Assembly (NCBI GenBank): GCA_951406725.2
Contig: OX597816.1
Span: 140,554,001-140,618,000, forward strand
From: Octopus vulgaris
Lineage: Eukaryota
DNA: 64,000 nt
Direction: 5' to 3'
The notes below the pieces were generated by a model, which searched no databases, was not told where the DNA came from, and saw only the letters and a program-made list of their open reading frames with translations. Below are positions 23,501 to 38,767 of this stretch, one piece after another. The translations under genes were made by a program, and so were the position numbers. Every line of letters begins with the position of its first letter. Position 1 is the stretch's first letter.

Positions 23501-26500
23501 CTAGTTTTATACATATGTATATGAAAAAGATAGGCTGATCCTGAACAAAATGTCTCCCACCATAGGTCTGCTGGATCAATGTAGCTCTCTGACTAAAACA
23601 ACATCAAACCTAATATTTCTTTCAGATTTATTCTCCATGATTTTATTGCTTCCTACATGATTCTTTTCTTATGAACAGTCATTTGTTTGAAACTATTTAT
23701 TTCTCCACCTTGGTATTCTTATCCACTCTAGCACTGAGGCATACTATGTGCCTTTACTCTTAGTGATAACTGATTCTAATTTTGGCCATTTCCCCCACTT
23801 TTTATCAAGCCAGATCTCCTCATTTAATTTGTTATAAATTCCTATCTTCATTGCATCAATATTACATTTATAACATTTGATAATATTGTTGTGATGTCTG
23901 TCATTGCAATGTGACTGTTATGATGTGTGCAATTACAATGTGAGTGTTGATAATAGTTCTGTAATGTGACAGTTGATAAAAGTGCTAATGTTTGTCACTG
24001 CAATATGCCCTTGCATATTATGTTGGTTATCTTTTATGTTAGTTTAAAGATGAGGGGAATACCCATGAATTTGTTAATCTCCCTTTGTTTGTGAAATTGT
24101 GATAACAATAGGTCACTTCAGATTATGTAAATAGTTAAGAGAAAAATTGGTGTTTTTGAATGTTTCAAAAAGTTGAAGTTGTAAGATAGGTAGCATTGAG
24201 TATGGGGTCTTGTACATGAGACTGTAATGATTACGAAAGAATTAGCAATTTAAATATGTTGAGACTTTTGTTGCCTTAAGGGAAGATACAACTTAATAAT
24301 GGCCCAGTGATTGAAGGTTGCTTGTTAGTGTGAGTTTTTTTTTTTTTCAGGCAGTAGTTTTTCCTAGGAACAAGGAAATATAGCAAGAAAGTTACCCTAA
24401 GATGCCATTCATTGTAGGGCATAGTAATGTTATTTTCTACATCTATTTCAGCCATACTTTGGTACACCTAATACTGCTTTCTTAGGAGCTCTTACCTCTG
24501 CTGCTGACTAAAGGCCTCTCGCTCAGAGTAAAAGGCAGACTGTATGATGCATGTGTACGAACAGCCATGCTACATGGCAGTGAAACATGGGCCGTGACTG
24601 CTGAGGACATGCGTAAGCGCGCAGGAATGAAGCCAGTATGCTCCGATGGATGTGTAATGTCAGTGTACATACTCGACAGAGCGTTAGTACCTTGAGAGAA
24701 ATGTTGTACCTAAGAAGCATCAGTTGTGGTGTGCAAGAAAGACGATTGCGCTGGTATGGTCATGTGGCGAGAATGGATGAAGATAGGTGTGTGAAAAAGT
24801 GTCAATCCCTAGCAGTTGAGGGAACCCGTGGAAGAGGTAGACCCAGGAAAACCTGGGACGAGGTGGTGAAGCACGACCTTCAAACTTTAGGCCTCACTGA
24901 GGAAATGACCAGCGACCGAGACCTTTGGAAATATGCTGTACGTGAGAAGACCAGGCAGGACAAGTGAGCCCAGCCCACTTATGCATGCCTTTCCTCCCTT
25001 GGACACAAAGACCTGTTGAGGCACCAGCCTCGCCTGGCACCTGTGCGGGTGGCACGTAAAAAGAACCCACTACACTCACGGAGTGGTTGGCTTTAGGAAG
25101 GGCATCCAGCTGTAGAAACATTGCCAAATAAGACTGGAGCCTGGTGCAGCCTTCTGGCTTCCCAGATCCCCGGTCGAACCGTCCCACCCATGCTAGCATG
25201 GAGAACGGACGTTAAATGATGATGATGATGATGATGGCTTTATTTAATGAAGTATTATGGTTTCAATCCAGTTAGCAGTACAATAATTAAGTCAGAGGAT
25301 GCCTTGTTTTTAATAATTTGTGCCAATGCTTAAATAATGCTTGCATTGTACAGTTTCAAGTCCTTTCATTTCTATTTATTTAGACGAAGAAAAAGAAAAT
25401 GCCAGAAAAGTTAAAATTACCAAAGAGCTTTCTAAAACACTGAAAGCTTTACAAGCCTCACAAATGTTTGATGAACCAGTACAAAGGTCAGTAAATAATT
25501 CAATTTTTTTCACAAATCTTTCATTCTGTTTATGTTAACCCTTTGTCTACCAGAAAAAATGTATGTCACTAATTATCAACTGGGTCCAATGGACCCAAAT
25601 TTTTTCTTTTAATTAAATTTTATTCAAACTACCACTATTTCTTAGCTACATTATATATGCTATCAGGTGAATAAAGAATTACTGTTTCTAACAAATTAAA
25701 AACAATACAGCTTACAGAATATATTATAAATTTAAAAAATTACAAAATTACAGAATTACAGCTCTTCATGGCAATGAATGTAGACAATATTGGAATGTTC
25801 TTGGCTAATGTGAATATTACACAGTTATATATTTAAGAGATGAGGAATTATGTACATTATTTAGATTTGATGGATATTTGTCCTCATCTTGTTTGTTGTT
25901 AACACAACATTTCAGGTGATATACTCTCCAGCCTTCATCAGGTGTAGTGGCATAGTGGTTAAGAGCGCGGGCTACTAACCCCAAGATTCTGAGTTCGATT
26001 CCAGGCAGTGATCTGAATAATAATAATAATAACATTGAAAAATACCTTAGGAAAGAGAACCCAGGTTCGAAATTTCCCCAAGACACCTGATGAAGGCTGG
26101 AGGTTTATGGCATTTGATAATATTTTTGTGATGTCTGTCATTGCAATATTACTGTTTTGATGTGTGATAACTATTGAGAGCTGCCAAATGTACTGAAAAC
26201 AAATTATAGCAAATTTAGTAAAAAAAATTTAATGTGAAGGTAAATGTCCACCAGGGTTCTATTCTTAGCCCTTTTCTATTTAGTCTTTGAGGCAAGTACA
26301 AAAATTCAGGATTGGATATCCTTGGAAATCTGGAATTATTTTCTGTAATTATTATATATCGTTAAACTATAACCTATGCATTTAACTGAATGGCTTCACC
26401 ACAAAACAACATTGAGTACAAAGTATTGTCTTCTCTATTATTGATTTTAAAAGTGATGGAGGTGATTAAGTCAGTAGAATTTTACACAACTTGCTTTATC

Positions 26501-29500
26501 ATTTCAAGTTTGATGTAGTTTTGCAGCCATGTTAGAAATCATTATTTCAAGTTTGTTACCTTATCATTTCTGAATTCAAATCCACCCAGAGTTAATTTGC
26601 TGTCATTCTTCAGGAGTCAATAAAAGAAGTACCACTGTAATACAATCATCTATTTCAAGTCAACTTAAAAGAAAATATTCTATAATACTAATATTGAATT
26701 ATAATCTTCAACATGATGGTTTCAGTAGTTCTCTGTACACTGACTTTGTTGTTTTTCATTTTTATATACATTGAGCAAGGTTAGTTCTACTACATTTTGC
26801 TAAGTCATGCCTTTATCAGCAAATGTTTTCCTCTCTTTGTTTGCTCTGAGACATACTTCCTTCCATTGGCAGGAGAGCATTCTGTCTCATAATTTCATCT
26901 TATTTATTTATTTCATTTTTCAATACTCACAGTTTGGTAAGTACTGTTGATAATAGACTAACAATGGAAACAGTCATAAGGGAACAATTTAACCATTTTT
27001 TCCAACTGATATCAACATAGTCATCATTATTACTTTTACATCACTTTTCCTTCTTTGTATGGGTCAGATGGAATTTGTTGAGGAGATTTTTCTACAGCTG
27101 ATTGCCCCTCCTATTACCAACCCTCGCCTGTTTCCAAGTACGATAATATTCCCCATGTCCAGACATGTTTTTACAAAAGATTAGCAACGAAGGACATTGT
27201 TTGCATAAGTCACATTCATTTTCAACTATCACATGAAGTCAGGGCAAAGAGATAGTGAGACACGCACACACATGCATATACACAAGGGGGTGCTGAAAAA
27301 GTTCCTGGCTTTAAGGGTATCAGGAAAGGCTTAAATGGAGGCCCAAACTTCTTAGTTCTTTTACAGGGCTTAGAAAAACTGAAGGACAACTGCAATAAGT
27401 GTGTGAATCTGAGAGGGAAATATGTTGAATAAAATTGTAATTAACTGATCTTGCATTTTCTTTTACCCAAAGTCAGAAACTTTTCAGCACCCCCTCGTGT
27501 GTGTATATATATATATATCAGTGGCATGTAAATGAACCCATTACACTCTGAGTGGTTGAGAGCATTAGGAAGGGCATCCAGCTGTAGAAAATCATTCCAA
27601 ATCAGACTGGAGTCTGGTGTAGCCTCTTAGCATGCCAGCCTGATCAAACTGTCCAACTCATGCCAGCATAGACAACGGACGTTAAATGATGATAGGCTTC
27701 CTTCAGTTTCCATCTTCCAAATCCACTCACAAGGCTTTGGTCAACCTGGGTCTATAGTTGAAGACAGTTGTCCAAGATGCCATGCAGTGTACATTTTGTA
27801 AGTTGTTTATTGTACTCTTCCAGTAAACAGTGTTATTGTTTGAAATCAATATTTTTAAATAACTGTATGTAGTTAAAGAAGCTACATTTATTAAGGTCGA
27901 TTGTGGCACTGAAATGTTAAAATGTGTTCCCATGGAGTCATATTTGAAACTTGTTTTAGATTTCCTGAGTTTGTTTTATATGTACTTAAAAATCCAGTAT
28001 GTCAAAGTTTATCTGTTTAAAAACAAAAACAAAAAAAAACATAATCTTTGGAATTAAGCTTAAAAGTTGTATCCTAAGTTCTTGGTAGTACATCATATAT
28101 AAAAATAAATTAAGTATACTGGAGGGTATTTATGGTTGAAAATATATGTATTGTATTGTGTTCTCTGATAAAGATTAGTGAATCTGAATCTGTAGTCATT
28201 TTGAAATTCCTCACATGTCTCCAAGAGTTTGGGGTATATTTCCAACTTTCAATTCATAGCAAACTCATGTATGTTTTAAACAATTAAACAAATATATGTT
28301 GAATGTTTTAGCCACTGTTCAATTTGTGTGAATCTGTAATTTCTATAGTTTGTATATCACACCCAGTTTGTATATGAATGACTCTTCTACAAATTTTTCC
28401 TTTTCATATTTTGTTTCTTGTTTTGAAGTAATGAACTATCCAACCGACTTTGTGACATTCTTGAAGCTATATTCCTTCATGGACTTAAGGAACCAGTTAC
28501 GCATAAGGTAAAATAACCTTCATTTATTATTATTATTATAATTATTGAGTAAGAGAGCAGTGCATGTCATCAAAGTAACATTGGAGTACAACTATACAAA
28601 GTCCAATATACCCATCAGATAAAGGTACAGGCTCATACATCACAACCACATGCGTATGGCATCGTGGTCTCATATCAAGTTAAACAATACATGACCTTGA
28701 AAGTGGGGCCCAGTTAAAATTTTCTTCAGGTTGAGTAGCCCATCCCACTCAAAAGGTCCCCGAGTAAGGTTTGTTTAAGGATGATGAACAAAACACCCAT
28801 GTTTCCAGAGGTGAATTATTCAAACCCCAAAGAATTCCTCTCGACCTCTCAACACACGGCTATGATGCTCTCCCACTACTTCTGCTTGTGATTAGAGATG
28901 CACATATCGTCAGCCACTAAGAGACCTGCTCAACTGGTTATGGTCAAGCAACTGACAAGCAAATCTGTGGTATTGAGCAGAATATTAGCCCATCTTTTAT
29001 ACCAAGACAAAACATGTACGTGATAGCACTTCCAATCACTTAAGATCAAAAGCCATGAAAGCCACTGCCTGATACTGCATTTTATCATTATTATTTAGAG
29101 CAGCAATCTGGCAGAACCATTACCATGCTGGACGAAATGCTTAGTGGTATCTCACCCATCACTATGTTCTGAGTTCAGATTCCACCGAGATTGACTTTCC
29201 CTTTCATCCTTTCGGGGTTGATAAAATAAGTGTCAGTTGAATACTGGGATTGATGTAATTGACTTATCCTCTCCCCCAAAAAGCTGCCCTTGTGGAAAAA
29301 TTTGAAGGCATTCATCATCATCATCATCATCATCTGTGAGTCTCAAAGTTCAAAGATCATGCTTCACCACCTCGTCCCCTGTCTTCCTTGCTGGCATGGG
29401 TTGGACGGTTTGACTGGGCTGGCACACTGGAAGGCTGCACCAAACTCAAATCTGATTTGGCATGATTTTCTACAGCTGGATGCCCTTCCTAATGCCAACC

Positions 29501-32500
29501 ACTCTGAGAGTAATGGGTTGTGGAAATTGAAATGTTAGTCTTATACAACACCAATTTCGAAATGAAAGTAGTGATAAATGATTTACAATCAACAGGAGTT
29601 TTTCTGTCTCCTTGCAATAACTTATTCAAATCATTTAATTTTGTGAATATATCACAAAGAAAAAAGATATCGCACCTTGCAGCCATCAATGAAGCAGATA
29701 GTGGAGTATCTTCAAAGAAAGATATGATTATATGAAACAGTTCAACAAAGCGTAAAACACAGTTTCCTTTTAACAGCCACCGCACTCCGGTAGGGTATAA
29801 GAGTTTAGTATGGCCCTCATCATTTCTCAGAGTTGACAAAAATTCAATCAGACAAGGGACTGGACTTCAATTTGTTCACAGTCTTGATAACTAACTGTAG
29901 CACATCATTCAACCTACCATTCATATTTTTTACCACTAAATGCCACCGGTGTGACAAGCAAGGAACAGTTAGTATCTGGTGGGAAATTTCATGCTTTAGG
30001 AGAGATGAAAAACCTCTGTATCTTTCTATCATTGAAGGTGCTCCATGAAACACACAAGCAATAATATTACTGAGTGGGATATTATGTTCAAAAAGGAAAG
30101 ACTTGAGAGTGTGAAAAATAGTTGCACCTCTTGAATCAAGTGGCGATTTCTCTGTGAAGAGCATTTCCTCACAAGGTTGAAGCTCTTTGCTGAAATACCA
30201 AACATATACCATCATCAAACATTATCCACAACAGTTGACTCATCCACTTGTATAGAAAATTCAGAACACTGGAGAATATTAATGAGCTGATGCTTGACAT
30301 CATTGGCCATTCCATCAATGCTTTGAGAAATTGTGTTATTACTAAGTGAGGTCTTCTTCAAAATGTTATTGAGTTTTTCGTGCATAATGGTTGACAAAAC
30401 CTCTTTGATAACTGGGTGAAGTAATGTTTCTCCAATTGTTTGAAACTTCCCAGACTTAGCAACAAGCAATGCAATGTTGTACGATGCAGTCAACCTGTCT
30501 TTCACCTGTTTACTACTTTCCTGGAGTAACGTGTTGAATATTTGTATTTAGTTTTTGAAAGAGGAGCTTAGTTGCAAAAAGTATGATAATGGCTTGCCCT
30601 TCTATTCAGAATGCTTTGCATTGAAGTGATACTTCAAGTGTGAAGGTTTCATTGCTTCATTGGTAACTCACTGTTCTGAGGAGAGGGGATAAATCCAAAC
30701 GATAAATAATCACTGTTGTACTGTCGACAAATTTTTTTGACTGGAGGCATCAGTAAAGTGAAAATATGAAAACGAATTTCTACAGATGGCATCAGAAAGA
30801 CAGTATGGTATTCCCAAAGAGAAGACGAAGTCAATGGAGCAGAGTCAGATGACACATCTTTACTGGAGTAAATACAGATCTAGTTCGTTTGGCTGCCAGC
30901 ATTTCAAAAATTAAAGTTTATCGAAAATTTTAAAATTTGGCACATTAATGCATCTTTTCAAGCCAAATTGCTGGATTTATTCAACTTTTCCCAGAAAAAT
31001 GTTTTAAAAAAGTTATAGAGATTTAAAGTTTGATCATTTTCACCCAGTCAAGAAACACAGTTTAAAAACTGTCATTTTGTGTGTGACTGCACATTTTGTC
31101 AACATCCAGAAAATAGCACTTGTGTTTTGATATGAAACCACAGAATTACGCACGACATATAACCCTTCATAACTTTTTTTATTTTTTGGAGGTTGCAGGA
31201 AATTTTTATGAATTTAAATTCTACACACAGGACTTTATACAATTATGCCAAAAAAATTTTTTAATTTGTAGTGGCGTGTGATTTAAGGCTTAGGCCTATT
31301 TGGCTGCTATTTTTAGCATGCATGACAACCATCTCAATGACTACAACAAAAATATTTAATCGATAAACAAGTCCGTGTTTTTGATACAAAGGGACATCTC
31401 AAGCGAGTAGTCAAATCGATAAAAGTGCATCTTTATAGACATACCTAAATATCAGTAAATGCAGACTTAATTTCAAAAAATTCATTGTCACCTACAAAAT
31501 GTTCACATCGCCTACCAAAATCTCAAATCGTCCACCATTTTCTAGAAATTTGCCCATTGCCCTCATGTAAGTTGAAATCGCCCACTTTGGGAAGCTATGA
31601 TCTATAATGTAAAGATTGTTTATATTATGTAAACAATCTTTACATTATGGATGGTCAGTTCTCTAAACTTAAATCCAGCAACTTAATTGATGACATACAA
31701 ATATATCTGTTGAAGAGGTTGCAAGAAGGAGCAAATTTTAGGGGAAAAAAATATTAAATAAATAAGTAAATGAGTGGAAATTGAATCGGTGAATGTGTTA
31801 ATTGACCCTTTTGTTACCAACCCAGCTGAAACCAACTCTGGCTCTGTAGTACAAATGTCTTGTTTTCATAAATTTTGAGTTAAAATCTTCCACCAAACCT
31901 TAGTCACAATTTATGTTCCTAACACTAGCTTAATGATAACTAAATTATTTTACTAAATTCTTTGTTATATCTAAAATGATTGAAACACAGAGCATCTCAA
32001 AATAAATACAGCAACAAAACGGTTAAAACAGAATGACTCTCTCCAGACATAACAAAATATATTTATGTTTTATATTTATTCTTTACTGACCATAGCAATC
32101 TGATTTTATCAATTATCAGTTTTCCTTACATTGTATATATATAAAGGACAATTTTTGTATGTATACACAGAGCTGAAGCATGGTGTAACCATGATATTCA
32201 GGTGATCTGAAGAGCTAGCCTTCTGTATCAGCATTGATTTGTAAATATGGATTTGCTATGTGTAGCATGCATATTGGCACACATATGTAAAATAATTTAT
32301 TATGCACTGAAATTATTATTACATGATGACAGCTGCGAAATGGCTATAATCCTATGGATATCAAGTAGTTAAATAAATATATTCACCTCTCATACCTTCT
32401 GACATTTTGTATGTTCTATATACTCCTCATGAAATAATTTCATCAATTGGATCTCCTGGATTTCACCTGTTTAGTACTCTAAACTACACTCTTCCATATT

Positions 32501-35500
32501 GGATTACTTTGTGGCATGATAGCTGGGCCCACTAGAGGAGCTTTCTGTGATTACCACAGGATTCTATGGATCCATATGTTGCACTACTAATATGTATATA
32601 TGTGTATGTATGTAGTTTTTGGTGTTTAGCACCAGGTTAGTGCTGAGACAACAAACCTGTAATCAAAGATGATTAATCCATTACTACTCCTCTTGTTACT
32701 TGCACAATGTATTGATTTTATAATCTGATGCCCCTATTTTAAGATTATAGCATGTAATTTGAGAGTAATTAATCTGTTATTTGTAATTAGGAGCCCCTTT
32801 CACCAAGTGGCATTTTACAAATGTCCTCCTTATATTTTGAAAACAAGAAGAAAAAAAAAACAAAGCTAATTTTTTGCAGTGGTTTATTCATATTTCTTTA
32901 TACTTTTCATCCTTATTCATCATTTCTGATAATATCTATTTAACATGTCCCTCTTTTTACATTTTTGTTTAGGTTAGTGCCCCTTTATTAGATTTTTATA
33001 GAAATTATTAAGGTGAGAGCTTATAAAATGAAATTATATTAGGTCTTGGCACATCATTTGTCATTATTTCAGGTCACTAATAACAATGTGTTGCTCATAT
33101 TTTAATACCAACAAAATGTTTTTGAAAACGGGCATAAAATATAAGTATTGCATCAAGATTGAATATTTCATTTTTAAGAAATGTTTCAACCCTTCTAAAC
33201 ATCCAGTTCCCTCTTGACATTTGTCATGCTCTTACGAGTTTATAACACTAAAAATGGGGTGATACCACCCAGGTTAAGAGCTACTAATGCAGAGGATCTC
33301 TTTTTGTTCAAATTACAGAAATTGTAAAAATGTGTCCTTATTTAAGTATCTCTTAATATATTTCCAGCTAAAGATGTTTATGCAACCAACATCAGGACAA
33401 GTTACAACCCTTGTAAGTATACCTCAGTTTTATTGTTTTATGAGTGATTAAAATCCCAGTAAGTTGGCCAAAATGGTTGGGCATCTTACTAAATACATTT
33501 TACTATTTAGTTTTTACCTTTGTATTCTAACTTCTGAATTTGTTGGAATCAGTCACCTGGGTGAAAGGTGTGTTATATTATATTCAAAACCCAGTCCATC
33601 ATTCCCCCTCCTTACAATAATTACTTTGTTATTATTGTAGGAAATGCCAAAAGAAATCCAATACTTATTATTGAAACAACTTATCTAACTCATGAACATA
33701 AACACGCACATTCAAAGTTAACAGCCTCCTTCCCATCAGTGGCTGACTAGCTCTGTTGACTTCAGGAAGATAGAAAGTTGGTGCTGTAATTTTTATGCCA
33801 TTTACTAACAGGCTGGTACTTGAAGGAAAAGTGAAATAGCTACTTTGAAAAATTCAAAGCAGGAAAGCAAAAATTTCATATGTTAGAACATCAATACTTA
33901 AATGTTCAGCTACATAAAAACTTGTAAAATTCAGTTTTCTATTCCTCATTCTTTTTTTTATGTATAATTAGTCAGAAGTAGAGGGCAGTAACTAAGATGT
34001 TTGCAGGCTATATCAAGCTGGTAAGTTTGGGTTGCTTTCAACAGATTGAACTTTGCTAAAAGCTTCCAAAGAGAAAAAAATAGTGTTAACTCTCTAGCAA
34101 TCAGATTACTCTATCTGATAAAATTCTTATTTATTCACATTATTTTGAATCAATCATGCATTATCTTGTAGCTTCAACATTTCAATGATGTGATTGTTTA
34201 TTTTCAAAATGATATTGTTGGGTAGCTGTGAGAGGTGAGACTTGGCCATTTTAAACATAAAACAGGTAGAATATTGGGCCAGATATGCCCAGTTTAAATG
34301 CTAAAGTGTTAAACTAAATAGCATATAAGGTCCAAACTTTTCTCACTCTGTAAAAGGAAACTTTTTATGGAAAATAAGCACTATCATTTGAATAAAACTG
34401 CAAAACAGTTTTTCTTCAACTCTGAAGTGATAACATTAATTATCATACTAAAGTGCCTTCTTTTATGAAAAAAAAAAAGAACCCTTCTCTTACCACACTC
34501 TTTTGTAACATCAGATCAATGTTACTTGGCTACTCTGTAGAGTTACATGCAGATACAGCATATCATACAGTTACATCAAATCATCATAGGCCAAATACTA
34601 AATTATGTCTTTTTATTATATATAATATTGATTTTGTATATTTCCGCAATATAAGTAAGTCCAGTCTAAGCCAACAACTGACAAGTCATTTGCTTGGATT
34701 GCATGATAATCATTTTATGCATTGGGACAAAGCCACAATGAACACACAACTGGTATTTATATACTAATAACTTCTTTTTGGAAAGTGAAATGAAAGAGAT
34801 TATATGCAATAACTACATGAAACTATTATCATCAATCAGATACTTAAAACATCTCAAATAACTGTTGTTATGTTATTTTGATATTATAAATAGATGTTAT
34901 TAATTTCTTACTTCTATATTTATTCTTTCTTCTACAATTATCCTTTTGAAACAGAACTTCTGGAAATTTATCAGCCGATTTACTCACAAAAATGTTATTG
35001 CTCAAATTCAAGACTTAAATCAGATAAAAACTGATGTTGGCTATTGTCGGGTAAGTATGTATAGATTTCACTTGTATATGATTATGTGAACATGCAAATA
35101 TGTGGATATCCAAACACGATGACTGAAGTACAAGGCATCAGTTTTATTTCAATTTTAAAAAAGACTCATCAGCTGTGTACTGAAGTTTGTAACAGTATGG
35201 AATATTGTCTAACAAGCTGAAGTATTGTCTCGTAACAAACTAAGTTGTTGGAGTGTAACGTCTGTCTTCTCTCTTGAGACTCCATGGATGTGCTGCAGCA
35301 TGCTTTGCTGATCTTGAGAAAGCCTCATCTCCTTTCTGTCTTGAGATTTCATTTGATGTGTTGCAGCATGTGTTTGCTGATCTTGGGAAAGTCTCATAAA
35401 TATAATAGAAATAAGATGGTTTTAGTGTTATCACATTAGAATTAAAAGTAAAAGAATAAAAGTGAAACTTAGATCACATTAGAATATAGATCTTATTCTT

Positions 35501-38368
35501 TCATTTTTAACATGTCATACTGAATCAGTGCCAATGTTATATTGTTTTAACCCTTTTGTTACTAACCCGGCCAAAACCGGCTCTGGCTCTGTGGTAAAAT
35601 GTCTTGTTTTCATAAGTTTTGAATTAAAATATTCCACCAAGCCTTCGTCACAATTTACATTCCTAACACTAGGTTAACGATAACTAAGTTATTTTACTAA
35701 ATTCTTTGTTATATTTAAAATAATTGAAAGAAACACAGAGCATTTCAAAATAAATACAGTAACAAAAGGGTTAATCCAAATGAAAAGAAAATTACTTGTT
35801 GACACTCACGGGGTCTGGTACTATTACCTTGCTAAATTTGATTTGATTTGATTTGGTTGAGCCATTTGAGAATGCATAGGGAACAAACAGAGAGACAAAG
35901 AATTATATATAGAGAGATAATAAGCAGCCTTCTTTATTATAGTACATATGTGACTAATTTGGAGAAAAATTACTTTCATTATTCACACATCGTCATTCTC
36001 ATAATGCCACACTTTGTAATTTAGGTTCAAATTGAAAGTGTGAAACTATTTTCACTTTCTAATGAAACCTTGTCATTGTAGAGCTTTGTCTTTCAAATAA
36101 CTAAAGCTGGTTGTTGAGATAATATAGAAAATATGTAGGTGAAAATAAAGTTTATTTGGTAGCCGAAAGATTACTGAACCTTTTCATATCCCATACGTCA
36201 AAAGTGGCAACTCAGTTTTCGAATGCATAAGGAACATATGCACACACACACACACATACAAACTCTCTTTTATACATATAGGTTATAAGGGAGAGAAAGA
36301 CACAAGCATAGCTTTGTGGATAAGACATTTGCTTCCCAACCACATGGTTTTGGGTTCAGTACCATGCGTAGTACACTGGGAAAGTGTCTTCCACTATAGC
36401 TTTAGGCTGACCAAAGCTTTGTGAGTGAATTTGGTAGACAGAAACTAAAAGAAACTAGTTGTATACACACACACACACACACATCTATATATTTGATATG
36501 TATATATGTATGTGTGCATGTGTGGGCAGATCTTTGAGTGCCTCTCCGTCTTGACATCACATATGAGTTGTAAATAAACACTACTGTTGTGAAGGTGGTG
36601 TCCTTCATACCCAATCTTCCATTAAAACTTGGCTGGCCATGGGAAATAAATCCCACTTGAAAACAGCTGAGTGTTACTAACAAGAAGGGCATCCAGCTGT
36701 AGAAAATCTACCTCAATGAATTCTGTTCTGTCTGTCCCATGCAAGCATGGAAAAGTGTATACTAAAACATGATACACACACACATGTGTATATAAATGAG
36801 CTAACAGAGGAATAAATGATTATCTTATGAACTTCATTAGCTTACATCAGTGGACTCATTGTTGGGTGCCTGAGTGACACCTTGAAGCTTCATTCATATA
36901 TATATCATCATCATCTAACGTCCGTTTTCCGCGCTAGCATGGGTTGGACGGTTCGACCGGGGTCTGGGAAGCCAGGGGCTGCACCAGGCTCCAGTCTGAT
37001 CAGGCAGAGTTTCTACAGCTGGATGCCCTTGCTAACGCCAACCACTCCGCGAGTGTAGTGGTTGCTTTTTACGTGCCACCTGCACAGGTGCCAGGGGAGT
37101 CCAGCATCGGTCACGATCGGTTGGAGCTTTTAACGTGCCACCGGCACGGAAGCCAGCCAAGGCAGCGCTGGCAACAGCCACGTTCGGATGGTGCTTTTTA
37201 TGTGCCACCGGCACAGAAGCCAGTCGGGTCGGTGCTGGCATCGGCCACGTTCGGATGGTGCTTTTTATGTGCTACTGGCACAGAAGCCAGTCGAGGCGGT
37301 GCTGGCAATGGCCACGTACGGATGGTGCTTTTTATGTGATATATATATACATTGTAAATAAACTCATCACAGAGTGAGTTGGTATTCTGCAGAAAATAAA
37401 AGAATTCTCAAACACAGGATAGTTGTGAATTAGTAAGAGGAAATATGTACAAAAATATACCTTTTTTAAATGTATATAATTAACATTTTCAGTGGTTGTT
37501 CCTTGTTTGTATCCTTTAACATTTTAATGACAATAAGAGCTAGCTGTGCTTATTAAAACCCATCTCTCATTGTATCTCAACAAACCCATGAATCACTTAA
37601 CCTCTCACCTGACATCCAGTTCTTGAATTTTTTTTCTACAGTTTATAACTGTCATTCAGCTAACTGAAGCAGGTATATTGAAGTATTGAAATATTCTGCT
37701 CAAAGCTTGAGTACAGTGTTTGTGACAGGAAGCAGAAGCATGACCCTTGTTCTGAGAGATTAACACAATACTTCTTCAACTATTCCAACACTCTATTGAA
37801 TGTTTAATTTTTTTTGAAGTTTGATAATATATATTTGTCTGTTGTAATGTATCTATAACAAAATTGTCTCTGTCGTTCTTTGTAGGTTTGGATAAGACTT
37901 GCCCTGAATGATGGTATCCTTGGCAGCTACATTGATGTTATGACTGCAGATGTCCAGGCTCTAGAGTGAGGAATATTTTTTTTTTCCAAGTCTGTTGAAA
38001 ATTTCTGTATCAGAAAGTGGATGAGGGGTGTCAAATGCCTTAGCTGACAATTAGAGAAAAGCAGTTAGTTTATTTATTTATTTATTACACTGTGTGACCC
38101 CCAAATAAAATGAAATGAAGGGATGAAAGGATATTAACCCATAAGCATCTAAACTGGCCAGTGTTGATAATGATGATAATAATAGGCAAAATTTCTCTTA
38201 TTTTATACTTTATATCATCATTGCCATCATCCTCACCCACTTGCATAGATTAGATGGGTTTGTCACAGAGTATCATGACATCATTCATCATTTTATCACT
38301 GATATTATCAAATATGCTTTTTCTTTTGTCCAGAATTTATATCATCTATACTTATACATATATCGCAT

Positions 38369-38428
<60 letters not shown>

Positions 38429-38711
38429 ATGATCATGTGACTGACCAGACTATCAGATGTTGCTACACATCGCTGGTCACAATGCGCTTCGCATTGTTTT
38501 AGTCTTCAAATGACGCCACCCCGCTGGCTAAGCGAGCAGCCCAACAGAAGAAAGAGTGAGAGAAAGTTGTGGCGAAAGAGTACACCACCTGCCGGAGCCT
38601 CGTGGAGCTGAATGTGTTTTTGCTCAATAAACACTCACAACGCCCGATCTGGGAATCGAAACCATGATCCTACGACTGAGTCCGCTGCCCTAACCACTGG
38701 GCCATTGCGCC

Positions 38712-38767
<56 letters not shown>

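Noticed and set aside
545-35400. Short local tandem duplications (about 550-600, 715-830, 6755-6810, 15870-15928, 35285-35400)
   Set aside because: Two- or three-copy slippage duplications with no further structure; ordinary for this genome.
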